Source of the DNA: Myxococcota bacterium
GTDB lineage: Bacteria; Myxococcota; UBA4151
DNA: 40,269 nucleotides
Reading direction: 5' to 3'
Assembly (NCBI GenBank): GCA_036338695.1
Contig: JAYZBQ010000057.1
Coordinates: 1 to 40,269, forward strand
Each line of letters opens with the position of its first letter. Position 1 is the first letter of the stretch. A program made the position numbers and the translations under genes. The notes under the pieces were generated by a model. The model saw only the letters and a list, made by a program, of their open reading frames with translations. It did no database searches and was not told where the DNA came from. Of the stretch, positions 18,579 through 30,338 are shown in pieces.

Positions 18579-19000
18579 ACCAGGTCTACGTCTATCCTCA
18601 TAGGGGCCGGTTTCAAGACATTGACGCAGCCGGTATCCTCTTCTTTGCGCGCAACTTCGACTACTTCCACGACGCCTATCTTGCGTTCCTCGAGCACCTT
18701 GAGATGCCGCTTCATGAGCACCTCGACGACGCCGAGTTTGTGATCCCGTTGGTCCATGCGGAGGCAGACTTCGCCAAGCCCATCCGCTTTGGCACCCGCT
18801 GCGATGTCCACATCGAGGTCGCTCGACTCGGTACGAGCAGCTTCACGCTGGCGTACACACTCAGAGGGGACGGTGACCGCGTCCTAACCACCGGCCAGAC
18901 CGTTCACTGCTGCGTCGAGCGCGCAACGTTCGCGTCTAGGGCACTCCCCGAGCGGCTCTCGGCGGCGCTCAAACCCTATCAAGCGGCTACCAGCCCGTGA
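18575..19000 (+). CDS. Acyl-CoA thioesterase (4HBT hotdog fold)
   Basis: RFQDIDAAGILFF, PLVHAEADF, LGTSSF, TVH. ATGA overlap with the YceI gene. Confidence 0.85.
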   Translation: MNQVYVYPHRGRFQDIDAAGILFFARNFDYFHDAYLAFLEHLEMPLHEHLDDAEFVIPLVHAEADFAKPIRFGTRCDVHIEVARLGTSSFTLAYTLRGDGDRVLTTGQTVHCCVERATFASRALPERLSAALKPYQAATSP

Positions 19001-22000
19001 CCTCGGCGGGGGCTTGCCCCTCAGCCCAGCAGTGGACCGTCCAGTCGCTCTTGCTCACGCAGTAGCCGTTCTCACCGAACCGCGAGATGCTCTGAACATT
19101 GGGCAAGTTGGGGATCGGGTTCGCCTGGTGAGTGTACCCTGAGCCCCAACAGTGCACGTTGTTGTTCCCCATGATCACGCACCCGTTGTTGCGGTTGGTC
19201 GCAAGCGAGGTGCTGCCTAAGGTCCCGGTGATCTCGATCGGCCCGTAGACCGGGATCTCACCGGCGACACGGCCCGACTGTCCGTCACCGTTTGACCCCC
19301 AACATCGGGTCACGTCGTTGCTCATATTCAGACACATAAAGTTGTACCCTGGCGATGCGCTTCGCACACCGGCGACCCCTTCGAGCAGCAGCGGGGAGCT
19401 CGCCTCGCGCGGCCCGTCCGCTCCGGGGTAGTGCATCCCATAGGGTAGATTACCCCAGCACCACGAGAAGCCGGTCATACCCACAGCGCAGATGCTGTCG
19501 TTGTACAAGTGGACGCTGCGCACCCGGGTGATCCCCGGCACGGCCGTTGCGCGTCGCACCACGTGGCTTTGATCGTTGTTACCGATTCCGAGCATCCCTG
19601 AGTTGTTCCCACCCCAGCATGCGACGGTTTGGTTCTCCTGGCGTACGCAGGTGGTCTCCGCTCCCGCCGAGATCTGTGTAGCGCCTGCGACCCCTTGAAC
19701 CGCCACGGGGACCGAGCGGTGAAAAACGGTCCCGTCACCCACCTGCCCGGCGTAGTTTGCGCCCCAGCATCGCACGGCGCCGGACTCGAGCACGGCGCAG
19801 ACGTGGGCGTCGCCGACCGCTGCGTCCACCACACCGTTGAGCTCCGGAACAAGCACCGGGTTCTCGGTGTTTTGCGTCGTCCCGTTCCCTAGGACACCGT
19901 ATCCATTATCGGTCGCTTTGCAGCGCAGCTCAGCCCGCGCTGTGATCCCGCACAGGATGCCGCGCGCCCGCCCGCCGACCACCTTGACGATGCGGTGCGT
20001 CCTCAGATCGACGCAGCCGTTCGAGCATTCATCGTCGTCGACCTGGTTGCCGTCGTCGCAGTTCTCGTAGCCCTCTGCGCCAGGCGCTAGGTCCGTCCGA
20101 ACGACCTGATCGCCGCACACGGCGCGCACGCAGCTGTTTCGGCACGCGTCCGTGTCGATCTCGTTGCCGTCATCGCAGGCTTCATAACCGTCTTGCCCCT
20201 CGACCACGTCGGTTCGGACGATCTGATCACCACATCGCGCCGCCACACAGTCGTTACGACAGGCGTCCGAGTGGGTCAGGTTGCCGTCATCACAGGCCTC
20301 GCCTGGATCCACGCGGCCGTTTCCGCATTGCTCGTTCTGGCAGCTGGCGTTGCAGCCGTCACCGACTTCTTGGTTGCCGTCGTCACACTCCTCATAGCCC
20401 TCATCGCCGGCCTCGAGGTCACGGCGCAAAACGCCGTCCCCGCAGCGCGCCGGCTGGCAGTCGTTTTTGCACCCGTCGCTGTCCACACGGTTGCCATCGT
20501 CGCAGCTCTCTGCGCCCTCAACGCCGGCGAGCAAGTCATCACGTACGATCCCGTCGCCGCAACGCGCCACGACGCACTCGTCGGTGCAGCCGTCCGTGCG
20601 CACCTCATTGCCGTCATCACAGGCTTCGTAGCCCTCTTGGTCTTCGGCGCGATCGCCCCGGACCCGACCGTCACCGCAGGTCGCCTCGGTGCAGTCGTTG
20701 AGGCAGGCGTCGGTCTCAAAACCGTTGCCGTCGTCACAGGCTTCTTCGTCGGAGACGATCCCGTCACCGCAGCCTTCTACTCGGCAGCGTGCGTTGCAGC
20801 CATCGCCTGCTGCCAGGTTCCCATCATCGCAGACCTCACCGCGCTGCACCTCACCGTCACCGCAGACCGGCGCCGACGGGCAGCCCTCGACCGCCTCACC
20901 CGAGCGGGCGTGGCGCTTCGCCTGGCTCCAATCAACCAGCGGCCCTTCACCGGCCGTCATGTCGTAGCTCAAGACCGCGTCATCGTCGGGCGCTAAGGGG
21001 TACTCAGGCACGAACGCCCCGTCGTAGCGCTCGGTCATGGAGACGCGTAAGGCCCCGACCGTTGCGCTCACGCTCGGCGCTACCTCGAGGTCAGGGAAAA
21101 ACGCATTGTCGGGGAAGTCTTCGGCGAGCGGGGTCCCGTTGAGGAACATCCGGCGCCGGTTCACGTCGCGTCGGTAGCTCACCGCCCAGTGGTTCCAGCC
21201 TTCGGGCACCTGACCTACGGGGACGACCAGCCGGTCGTCACCCCAGCCAAAGCTTGCGTTGGCTCCGGTCACTGCAGACAGACCGTGCGCCGTCATCAGC
21301 CCCGTGTCACCGTCGGATTTCAGCCAGCCCTCAATCGTGAAGTCACCGCCAAAGTCAAAGGGCGGGAGCGCATCGATGCCCACGCGTGAGAAGCACTCGT
21401 TTCGGCACCCTGAGCTGCACCCATCACCGTCGGTCTGGTTGCCATCATCACAGGTCTCTGGCGCCACGACCTCGCCGTCACCACAGGTGGGGGCGCACGC
21501 CAAGGGGGGTTCGCCCCCCTGACCGCTGCTGGTAAAAAACCCGCCGGTCTGCACGCCCTCGAACTGCACCATCAGGTCAGGGCGCCCCAGCGCATACAGG
21601 TGCGCCGTGCCGCCGAGGGTAAAGCGCTCTGGGCCAAAGCAGGTCTCGCCGCCGCTCATACCTGGGACGTGCTCATCCACGCTGATCCAGGCGTCGCTTT
21701 GAGTCTGCCGAAGCCGCCAGACACCGCTCATCTCTGCCGGCCACCCAGGGCACGCGTCGCTGACGGTCAGGGTGGCGGTTTGGAGCTTAAAGCCCGTCTC
21801 AGACGCCTCATAAAACGCCACTAAACCGCACTGCCTGGCGACCTCAAAGCGCATCTGCACCATCCCGATGCAGCCATGACCGTCGGTCCCTGCAGCGAGT
21901 CGGTGCGCCATCCCGTGCCCCACGGCGGCGCGGTTCAGGTCGATATCGGGAAGGGGCTGATAGGCGCCACCGGCGCCCACCCCGATCCGGAGGCGTCCGC

Positions 22001-22427
22001 TCAGCGACGGCACCTCCGTGCAGCGCTCAGCCGGCTGAACGATCGTGCCGGCGTCTCCGAGGTATCCTGCGTCGAACCCGGCGTCGAAACCAGCGTCAAC
22101 GAGCCCCACGTCAGCGAGCGTGCCAACGTCGGCGGGGCCCGCTTCAGGGGCCGGACGCAGCGCCCGAATACGGCATTTGTGGTCGCAGCCGTCCCAGTCT
22201 TCTTCGTTTCCGTCGTCGCACTCTTCGGTCGCTTCGTCGACGCGGCCATCGCCGCAGCTTCTTAGGACACAGCGCCCGAGCCGACATCGGTAGCCGACAA
22301 AGTCGTCTCCGAGCTCACGGGTGTGACAGTCTGGGTCGGTCTCGCAGGGAGGGAACTTCGCCACAAAGGTGTCCGGACACCCCAGAAGGATGACGCTGAG
22401 GACAGCGACGACGCCTATGCGGACCAA
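18987..22427 (-). CDS. Large surface lipoprotein: myxobacterial Cys-rich (DUF4215-like) repeats, LamG-like domain, C-terminal RCC1-like repeats
   Basis: TTG 22427 after AGGGGG gives [17 protein letters not shown] (lipobox). Ten CDDGN repeats; DFTIEGW/GWNHWAV (LamG-like); repeated VxCWGxNxxGQ/M (RCC1/BLIP-II-like). Confidence 0.85.
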   Translation of the reverse strand: MVRIGVVAVLSVILLGCPDTFVAKFPPCETDPDCHTRELGDDFVGYRCRLGRCVLRSCGDGRVDEATEECDDGNEEDWDGCDHKCRIRALRPAPEAGPADVGTLADVGLVDAGFDAGFDAGYLGDAGTIVQPAERCTEVPSLSGRLRIGVGAGGAYQPLPDIDLNRAAVGHGMAHRLAAGTDGHGCIGMVQMRFEVARQCGLVAFYEASETGFKLQTATLTVSDACPGWPAEMSGVWRLRQTQSDAWISVDEHVPGMSGGETCFGPERFTLGGTAHLYALGRPDLMVQFEGVQTGGFFTSSGQGGEPPLACAPTCGDGEVVAPETCDDGNQTDGDGCSSGCRNECFSRVGIDALPPFDFGGDFTIEGWLKSDGDTGLMTAHGLSAVTGANASFGWGDDRLVVPVGQVPEGWNHWAVSYRRDVNRRRMFLNGTPLAEDFPDNAFFPDLEVAPSVSATVGALRVSMTERYDGAFVPEYPLAPDDDAVLSYDMTAGEGPLVDWSQAKRHARSGEAVEGCPSAPVCGDGEVQRGEVCDDGNLAAGDGCNARCRVEGCGDGIVSDEEACDDGNGFETDACLNDCTEATCGDGRVRGDRAEDQEGYEACDDGNEVRTDGCTDECVVARCGDGIVRDDLLAGVEGAESCDDGNRVDSDGCKNDCQPARCGDGVLRRDLEAGDEGYEECDDGNQEVGDGCNASCQNEQCGNGRVDPGEACDDGNLTHSDACRNDCVAARCGDQIVRTDVVEGQDGYEACDDGNEIDTDACRNSCVRAVCGDQVVRTDLAPGAEGYENCDDGNQVDDDECSNGCVDLRTHRIVKVVGGRARGILCGITARAELRCKATDNGYGVLGNGTTQNTENPVLVPELNGVVDAAVGDAHVCAVLESGAVRCWGANYAGQVGDGTVFHRSVPVAVQGVAGATQISAGAETTCVRQENQTVACWGGNNSGMLGIGNNDQSHVVRRATAVPGITRVRSVHLYNDSICAVGMTGFSWCWGNLPYGMHYPGADGPREASSPLLLEGVAGVRSASPGYNFMCLNMSNDVTRCWGSNGDGQSGRVAGEIPVYGPIEITGTLGSTSLATNRNNGCVIMGNNNVHCWGSGYTHQANPIPNLPNVQSISRFGENGYCVSKSDWTVHCWAEGQAPAEVTGW
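20010..20870 (-). repeat. Eight tandem intragenic Cys-rich repeats (CG[DN]G...ExCDDGN...C...C)
   Basis: Counted directly in the translation; recurring gttgccgtcgtcgca-like DNA on the + strand. Boundaries approximate. Confidence 0.85.
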
Positions 22428-22520
22428 GGTGAACCCCCTGAGTGACTCCTGCGTCGCAAGCTTAGCAGAAACTGCCGCCTGAAACACAGCCCCTTTCACC
22501 GTTCGGTTCGGTGCGACCGC

Positions 22521-23951
<1,431 letters not shown>

Positions 23952-24025
23952 CGGCGATTTCTCCAGTCGATGCGAAAGTTGATAGCCCGGAGGCTCTAGC
24001 CGGCTCTAACAGCGCGCGCCAGCAC

Positions 24026-24433
24026 TTATTCCTCAGAATTATTTTTGCCAAAGGTCGCTGCGTTGACGCGCCGATCATCAGCGAGCTCTCGAGCCCAATC
24101 GCGCTTTCGCTTGGGCGCCGTCAGCAGCCCTCTCCAATGCTCAAATGCGATGGCGCGCAGGTCGGCACCAGGTGGCGCGACAGCGATGGCGACCTGCGCC
24201 TCGCTGAGGTCCCATTTGAGGGTCCACAGATCATCCGGTCGCAGCGCAAACTCCTCGAGCGATTGGCGAATGACCGCAGCACCCACGCCGAAGCGCTTGG
24301 CGACGTCATGGACGTTACCGAATCGATAGGTCCCGTCTTCTTGAATGCCCAGGTGGTACGCGCAGAAGAGCTCGAAGGCACTGATTTGGTGCGCCGCTGC
24401 GCACGCCGAGCGAGGGGTTCTAAGGTCAGTCAC
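24026..24433 (-). CDS. Hypothetical protein with possible helix-turn-helix
   Basis: Inferred GTG start at 24433 overlaps the upstream stop. FELFCAYHLGI followed by VHDVAKRFGVGAAVIRQSL (HTH-like). The ORF-track extension to 24724 overlaps the upstream gene and is unlikely. Confidence 0.7.
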   Translation of the reverse strand: MTDLRTPRSACAAAHQISAFELFCAYHLGIQEDGTYRFGNVHDVAKRFGVGAAVIRQSLEEFALRPDDLWTLKWDLSEAQVAIAVAPPGADLRAIAFEHWRGLLTAPKRKRDWARELADDRRVNAATFGKNNSEE

Positions 24434-24887
24434 GGCCGGGCTCGGCGCCGTAAAATTGCATCTCGAGCGGCTCAAGATAACTGAGCGCGTCGCGCGACAC
24501 CGGGATGCCAGACTCCGGGAGCTCGAAGCGCTCTCCACGATAGCCCGGGAGAAACAAGATGGGGTTGGCGCCGCCGTCGTACCCAAGCTGAACCAGCTCT
24601 CCAAACTTGAACTCACGACACTCTTTCGAGCAGCAGAAGAACTTCGCCTCGACCTTGTAGAACCCCTCCTTGGGCAACGCCTCAAGGCTCTGCGCGTAAT
24701 CGGCGCTCGGGACGGTATGCCCACGCCCAGCGAAGACGGCGCGGTTGTTCACCCAGCGCTCCGGATAGTAGACGCCTGGCCCTGGGTCACCGTGGTTGTG
24801 GTAATAAACGAGCCGGTCCGCCTGAATTCCGTCAAGCGTCGGCACGGTCGTTCGATACAGACCACATGGTCGTTGCTCGTCGCTCAT
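24426..24887 (-). CDS. Hypothetical protein with an internal ~70-aa duplication
   Basis: AGGAGG SD before ATG 24887; globular composition; YYHNHG and CCxxxC motifs. Confidence 0.8.
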   Translation of the reverse strand: MSDEQRPCGLYRTTVPTLDGIQADRLVYYHNHGDPGPGVYYPERWVNNRAVFAGRGHTVPSADYAQSLEALPKEGFYKVEAKFFCCSKECREFKFGELVQLGYDGGANPILFLPGYRGERFELPESGIPVSRDALSYLEPLEMQFYGAEPGRD

Positions 24888-24960
24888 CCCGTGTCCTCCT
24901 GTTGATTCCCCAATAAAGGCATCGTAGACCGCTGCCGCAACCATTAAGGTACGCCTCGCG

Positions 24961-27564
24961 ATGACCAAGCTGCTCGAGCTCTGGATTCACTTCATGCTGC
25001 GACATCGTCTCAAGACGCTGGGCTTGATGTTCAGCCTGACTGCGGCGGCGGCTGCGCTGGGCAGCCAGGTCGAGATCCGCACCGCGCTGCTCGACATGAT
25101 CAAGAAGAGCTCGCCGCGCGCCCAAGTCTACGACCAGATGCGAGAGATCTTTGGGTCAGACACGGCCATGTTGATCGGCATCGAAGACGCTCAACTCGCC
25201 ACCCCACAGGGCCTCGAGCGCCTCCGAGCGTTGCGAGCTATCGTCAAGGCGCAGCCGCTGGTCACCGACGTCACCAGCTTGGTCGATCTTCAGCGGATTG
25301 ATCCAGAAGCGGGCGGTCTGGAGGTGCGGCGCTTCGTTCCCGAGGGCGCCCTCTCGCAGGCTCAGATCGACGCCGCCGTGGCTCAGCTGCGTAAAGACGG
25401 GCTCTTCGTGCCAACCTTTCTGAGCGAAGATGGCGCCGCGACAGCGATCATCGCCGAGCTCAGCTCGTCGCTGGAGGACACACGAAAGCCGGAGGTCGAG
25501 CAGGCGATGCGCGCCTTCGCCAAGGGGATCCCGGGCGGATCGAAGCTGCTGACCACCGACGAAGGCAAGCTCTCCCTCCTCGAGGCAGCTCGAATGGACG
25601 CGGCGATGCAGGCCTATGAGTGGGCTGAACAGGCCGGCTACGACCGCGCCCAGATCTTCCCCACCGGCATGCCGGTCTCGGCTGGGTTTTTGCTGGAGGA
25701 GACTCGGCGGCACATGGGGCCGTTCTTCGGCGTGACCCTGTTGGTCATCTGCCTGCTCCTCGCCGTCCTGCTGCGTTCAGCGAAAGCCGTCATCTACTGC
25801 CTCTTGGTTGCGCTGCCAGCCGTGGTGTGGGCGGTCGGCTTTGGCGGGACGATCAACGGGAGGATCTCGATCGTGGCGGCGATGGCGCCGATGATCGTGC
25901 TGGTGCTGTCGGTGGCCAACGTGGTCCACCTCGTCGGTCAATACCGCTTCGAGCGTTCACGAAAAGACGCGAAAGAAGCGCTGCTCGCAGCGTTTCAAGA
26001 GGTCGGAATGGCTTGCTTTCTGACCAGCCTAACGACGCTCATCGGGTTCTCGAGTCTGCGCTTTATCCCGCTGGTGACGGCTCAAGAGCTCGGTGTCGTG
26101 TGTGCGGTCGGGGTAGTCGCCTCCTTCCTGCTCGCCTTTACGGTCGTCCCGATCCTGATCAGCTACTCAGACCTCGCCCCGCAGGTGGCGCGCCAGAGCA
26201 AGAAGACCTACGAGATCCTGAACTGGTGTCAAAACGTTGCGCGCTCAGCGCCCAAGCGTGTGATCGCTACGAGCCTCGGGCTCACGGCGCTGGCGATCGC
26301 AGGGCTCAACGCGCTCGTCATCGACACCAACCTCGACGCCAAATTCTATGACGACCACCCGGTCGCCCTCGCCGCCGACTTTTTCAGCGAGCGGCTCTCG
26401 GGTGGGCTCACTGCAGAGGTTCTGATCGACACCGGCCGAGCGGGCGGCGCGCTCGAGCGCGACGCGTTTATCCAGAGCGTTGAGAAGAAGGCGCCGACGA
26501 CGCCCATCCCAGACGCTTCCGACGGCGACGAGGTCATCGGTATCGAGGATGAGTTCGGTATTGAAGAGGACGCACCCGCTGCGGCAGCGCCCGCCGTCAC
26601 GGAGGTGATCGACGCGCAAGCGGGCGCCCTGCCCAACCGCTACCTTGCGGAGCTTGAAGCAGCCGCTGCCGAGCTCAAGGCCTTTCGAGACCCGAACATA
26701 CTGGACGGGAAACCGGTGGTCATCGGCGCCTTCTCCGTCGCAGACATCGCCCGGCGGACGCATCAAGCGATGGGCGGTGAGACGGCGCTTCCGTCGCGCG
26801 CTCAGTTCGCAGCGCAGCTCGCTCTGTTCGAGGACCAAGGCGGCGAAGGCCTGAACACCTTCGTGGACGACGACCGCCGCTACCTGCGGATGCAGCTGCG
26901 GATGCCGAGCCTGGGTACGCGCAACTCGGTCGCCTTTATGAAAGCGGTCGAGCCGCAGCTCCGGGAGCGTTTCCCGACGCCGCCTGGAGGGATCAAAACG
27001 CAGATCAACGGCATCGACATCCTGTTGAGCGATGTGATCGAGGCGCTGGGTATCCAGCTGTACATCGGCTTTGCCTTCGCAGCCCTCGTCATCACGCTCG
27101 TGATGAGCTTTGTCTACAACTCATGGCGAGTCGGCCTCGCGTCGATGATGCCCAATATCTTGCCCGTGATCTCAGGGATCGGGATCTTAGGTTTGATCGG
27201 TCTCAAGATCGACATCGACGCCCTCTTCATGGTCTCCATTGCGCTCGGCATTGCCGTCGACGACACGATCCACTTCCTGACGCGTTACAAGCTCGAGCGC
27301 ACAGCAGGGCTCGATAAGGACGAGGCGATCCGGTTATCGCTCCATGAGACCGGCGTGGGCATCGTGCGCACCTCCATCATCCTCGTGATGGGTTTTGGCG
27401 TGTTCCTGTTCAGCCCCTACCTGACCTTCAAGTACGTCGGCCTAATCCTGCCCACCACCATGCTCATGGCGGTGATCGCGGACATGCTCGTGATCCCTGC
27501 GATGGTCTACCTCAACTGGATCCCCGTGGTCTCTGAAGAAGGCCTGCGCGGCGCTCGAGCCTGA
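24961..27564 (+). CDS. MMPL/RND superfamily transporter (HAE3-like)
   Basis: Two repeats of one TM, large periplasmic loop and five TMs; LTSLTTLIGFSSL, SMMPNILP, GIAVDDTIHFL. Confidence 0.9.
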   Translation: MTKLLELWIHFMLRHRLKTLGLMFSLTAAAAALGSQVEIRTALLDMIKKSSPRAQVYDQMREIFGSDTAMLIGIEDAQLATPQGLERLRALRAIVKAQPLVTDVTSLVDLQRIDPEAGGLEVRRFVPEGALSQAQIDAAVAQLRKDGLFVPTFLSEDGAATAIIAELSSSLEDTRKPEVEQAMRAFAKGIPGGSKLLTTDEGKLSLLEAARMDAAMQAYEWAEQAGYDRAQIFPTGMPVSAGFLLEETRRHMGPFFGVTLLVICLLLAVLLRSAKAVIYCLLVALPAVVWAVGFGGTINGRISIVAAMAPMIVLVLSVANVVHLVGQYRFERSRKDAKEALLAAFQEVGMACFLTSLTTLIGFSSLRFIPLVTAQELGVVCAVGVVASFLLAFTVVPILISYSDLAPQVARQSKKTYEILNWCQNVARSAPKRVIATSLGLTALAIAGLNALVIDTNLDAKFYDDHPVALAADFFSERLSGGLTAEVLIDTGRAGGALERDAFIQSVEKKAPTTPIPDASDGDEVIGIEDEFGIEEDAPAAAAPAVTEVIDAQAGALPNRYLAELEAAAAELKAFRDPNILDGKPVVIGAFSVADIARRTHQAMGGETALPSRAQFAAQLALFEDQGGEGLNTFVDDDRRYLRMQLRMPSLGTRNSVAFMKAVEPQLRERFPTPPGGIKTQINGIDILLSDVIEALGIQLYIGFAFAALVITLVMSFVYNSWRVGLASMMPNILPVISGIGILGLIGLKIDIDALFMVSIALGIAVDDTIHFLTRYKLERTAGLDKDEAIRLSLHETGVGIVRTSIILVMGFGVFLFSPYLTFKYVGLILPTTMLMAVIADMLVIPAMVYLNWIPVVSEEGLRGARA

Positions 27565-27567
27565 CGG

Positions 27568-28200
27568 TTACTTCGTGGTCTCAAGCGGCTGACCGGGCTC
27601 GAGCGCCCAGGCTTTATCCAGCCGCTGATAGGAGCGGCTGTACCGGCTCGCACCGTCAACGACGTCGAGGATCAGACGCGCGCCGTCACGGCGCAGGTTC
27701 AGGCGCGCCTCCGATGAGACCCTCAACCCATCGTCGCTGCTCGCAGCGATCAGCTCCAGCGGCCCCGGCGGGTCTGCGATCGTCTCGAAGGTCGCCACTC
27801 GAAGCCGTCGCTGGCGCGTGTCCTGACGCTCGCCAAAGAGGATCACGGCGTCCAGTGCGCCCTGCGACGACCCTTCCGCCGCACCTTGGGCGTAGTGCGC
27901 CAGGTAGCCAATGATAAAACCCTTCGCCGCGTCGTGCTGGTCGATCTGCGCGTGAAACCGGCTGAGATTGGGCCACAGCGTGCGCGCCAGATGGAAGCCA
28001 TCAAAGCGGCGAAAGGCGCCAACAAGCGGGTTGACGATCCCTTGTGGATAGCGGGCACCCTCAGGGGGTAGCCGCTCCTTCAAGCCGGCGGGAGCGACGG
28101 GTTCAGCGCTCGCAGGCGCCGGCGCCTCAGCCCGGTTCGGAGCAGCCGATTCGGCGCAGGCGATGCAGGCGAGCAAGCACGCGCCGCGCAACGAACTCAA
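27568..28200 (-). CDS. Hypothetical lipoprotein
   Basis: Lipobox CIAC, Ala/Pro tether; TTGA overlap with the upstream gene. Confidence 0.7.
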   Translation of the reverse strand: MSSLRGACLLACIACAESAAPNRAEAPAPASAEPVAPAGLKERLPPEGARYPQGIVNPLVGAFRRFDGFHLARTLWPNLSRFHAQIDQHDAAKGFIIGYLAHYAQGAAEGSSQGALDAVILFGERQDTRQRRLRVATFETIADPPGPLELIAASSDDGLRVSSEARLNLRRDGARLILDVVDGASRYSRSYQRLDKAWALEPGQPLETTK

Positions 28201-30338
28201 GGCGCTCCCCGCAGCCAGCCGCGCGGGATCGGGAGGTCCCCGCCTTCGACAAACCGCACCGCGCCGCTCCCTTCGATGGTCACGCCCGACAAGGCGCCCA
28301 TCCGAAACGAATTATCAGGCCCTTCGATGCCCTGCGCACGCATCGAGGCATCCGTCACCAGATCGAGGCCGGCATAGTGCCCATCATCAAGCGCCGAGCG
28401 ATCGACCACGATGGCGTGATCGACAGGGTTGACCAGCGCGCTGACGTTGACCAACGAGACGGCGCGGTTATCAAGCAAGAGGAGCCCGATCTGAACTGCG
28501 CTGTCGGCGCCATCCATGAGATCATCGTAGGCGATGGCGGCGCGATCGATCTGCGGGGTCACCAACTCATCGATCTCGACGGCGCTGTTGTTCCCAATCG
28601 CAAGCAGCGATGCGCCCCCCGCTCGAATCAGCGCCGGGTTGGCGACGGTGATCGTGCCGCCATGATTCCGCTCAAGCCAGATGCCGACGCGTGCGCTCTC
28701 GACCCGGTCGCCGTCGAGCTGAACGTCACCCTTGACGTCGACGACCCCGATCCCCACCCGATGGGTTTCCGGATCGAGCGCCACGACGCCGTTGCCGCTA
28801 AAGGACAAGGTCGCGGCCTCGTCGTCACCTTCGCTGCCGCCGACCGCCGCGAAACCCCAGTCGCAGTTCGCAGCGGTGTTCGCCGTCAGGGTCCAGGTGC
28901 CCCCCCCCGCCGCGCGTAGGTAGAAACCCGACCGCAGCGCGCCACTGACCTGATTCTCGACCAAAGAGATCGTCGAATTTGGCGCCTTAGCTGGCCCTAA
29001 ATCGTAGCCGCGACCGCCCGGTCCCACGACCCCGTTTTTGGTCAAGCTGACGCCGCTTCCGGGGTAGCGCAACGCCACGCCGACGCCATCAGGCTCGACC
29101 ATGGCGTTCTCGCTGACGGTCATCCGGCCGGTGATGTGGTCGATCACCATCCCGCGCGCCACCCGCTCGATGGTGTTGCCGTCGACCACCCACTCGCCGG
29201 TGTCGTCACCCTCAGCCGAGGTGGAGACCTGCCGAAGCCAGATGCCGGCGTCTCGGAGATCCGAGATGGTGTTGTTGCGCAAGGTGATCCGATTGTCGGC
29301 GCTGAGACGAGGATAGCGTACGGCGACCCCCATCTGCGCCCCGTCGTCACGCTGGCGATTAATCGCCTCGTCGGGGAGTCCACGGATCGTGTTGTCACGG
29401 ATCGTAACCTCTCCTTGGAAGGTGTCGACCAGGTTCTCCCGTTCCTCGATGGTCGCACCGAGCCCCTGCGGCTTGCCGATGGCGACCACTGCGTCGGCGT
29501 CCTCACGGGTCGTGAGCAGGTTGTTGTTGATCAAAATCACGGCATCATCCGTGGTTTGATGGACCTCGACGGCGCCGGTACCCAGCTGCTCCATGCGCGA
29601 CCCCGAGATCTCCACCCGAGCGATCCCAATCGTCGCAAAGAGCGCCTGCGCCCAGTGCGAGACCTCAACATTCTGTGCCAGGAATTCGATGCCCTCGTCC
29701 TCCTCCGACCGGATCTCAATGCCAGGCTGACTGCGCTGCCCCGTCTCGGCTTTGGTCACCACCTGGTTCAACTGAAGACTGCGTAGATTGGAGGCCTTCA
29801 GGCCCATGTTAAGGCGCAAACCCGCAAGCCGCATCCGCGCGCTGGCGCCGAAGCCGTTCACGTTCCAACGGCCACCAACCTGGCCGCCGATCGTGCTGCC
29901 CGACGAACACCGACCGATCACCGTGACCGGCTCGGTCACGAGCGGTTGGGCGCCGACCGTAAAGGACCCATCGCCCAGCAGGATCAAGCCGCCGCGTTCT
30001 TGGAGTTGTTGCAACGCTTGACCTAGATCCCCCATCGGTTCCGCTTCGCTGCCGCTGCCGGTGCCACCTTCGGCTACGTAGACCACCGCAGCGCCCGATT
30101 CGAGCGCCTCAACCGCCCATGGGTGGGCGGTGTCGTACGACTGCCCTTCCGGGCACTTTCGAGATACGCCGCGCGACGGTACACAGCGTCCGCTGATCGG
30201 GTCGTTAACAAGCGCCCCCTCGCAGGAGGGCAGCACAGGACCCCCTGGGCCCGCATCAAAGATCAAGTCCGGCGACTCAGCCTCGCACTGGCAGCCCACA
30301 CCTGCCAGAGCGATCATCCATAGAATTTGTCGTGCCAT
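28197..30338 (-). CDS. Lipoprotein with right-handed parallel beta-helix repeats
   Basis: Signal ending GVGC; VYV...GSGSEAEP...QAL motif (DUF1565-like); repeated IxNNxI / GIxL strands; AAGGA SD. Confidence 0.8.
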   Translation of the reverse strand: MARQILWMIALAGVGCQCEAESPDLIFDAGPGGPVLPSCEGALVNDPISGRCVPSRGVSRKCPEGQSYDTAHPWAVEALESGAAVVYVAEGGTGSGSEAEPMGDLGQALQQLQERGGLILLGDGSFTVGAQPLVTEPVTVIGRCSSGSTIGGQVGGRWNVNGFGASARMRLAGLRLNMGLKASNLRSLQLNQVVTKAETGQRSQPGIEIRSEEDEGIEFLAQNVEVSHWAQALFATIGIARVEISGSRMEQLGTGAVEVHQTTDDAVILINNNLLTTREDADAVVAIGKPQGLGATIEERENLVDTFQGEVTIRDNTIRGLPDEAINRQRDDGAQMGVAVRYPRLSADNRITLRNNTISDLRDAGIWLRQVSTSAEGDDTGEWVVDGNTIERVARGMVIDHITGRMTVSENAMVEPDGVGVALRYPGSGVSLTKNGVVGPGGRGYDLGPAKAPNSTISLVENQVSGALRSGFYLRAAGGGTWTLTANTAANCDWGFAAVGGSEGDDEAATLSFSGNGVVALDPETHRVGIGVVDVKGDVQLDGDRVESARVGIWLERNHGGTITVANPALIRAGGASLLAIGNNSAVEIDELVTPQIDRAAIAYDDLMDGADSAVQIGLLLLDNRAVSLVNVSALVNPVDHAIVVDRSALDDGHYAGLDLVTDASMRAQGIEGPDNSFRMGALSGVTIEGSGAVRFVEGGDLPIPRGWLRGAP

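Noticed and set aside
20010..20870. Periodic DNA repeats as a CRISPR array or DGR template/variable pair
   Set aside because: The repeats are degenerate, in frame and encode Cys-rich protein modules; no cas or reverse transcriptase gene is in the window.
23952..24025. SAH or SAM riboswitch upstream of ahcY
   Set aside because: Only 74 nt, and no GAGGAGCG/CAGGCUC-type consensus is visible.
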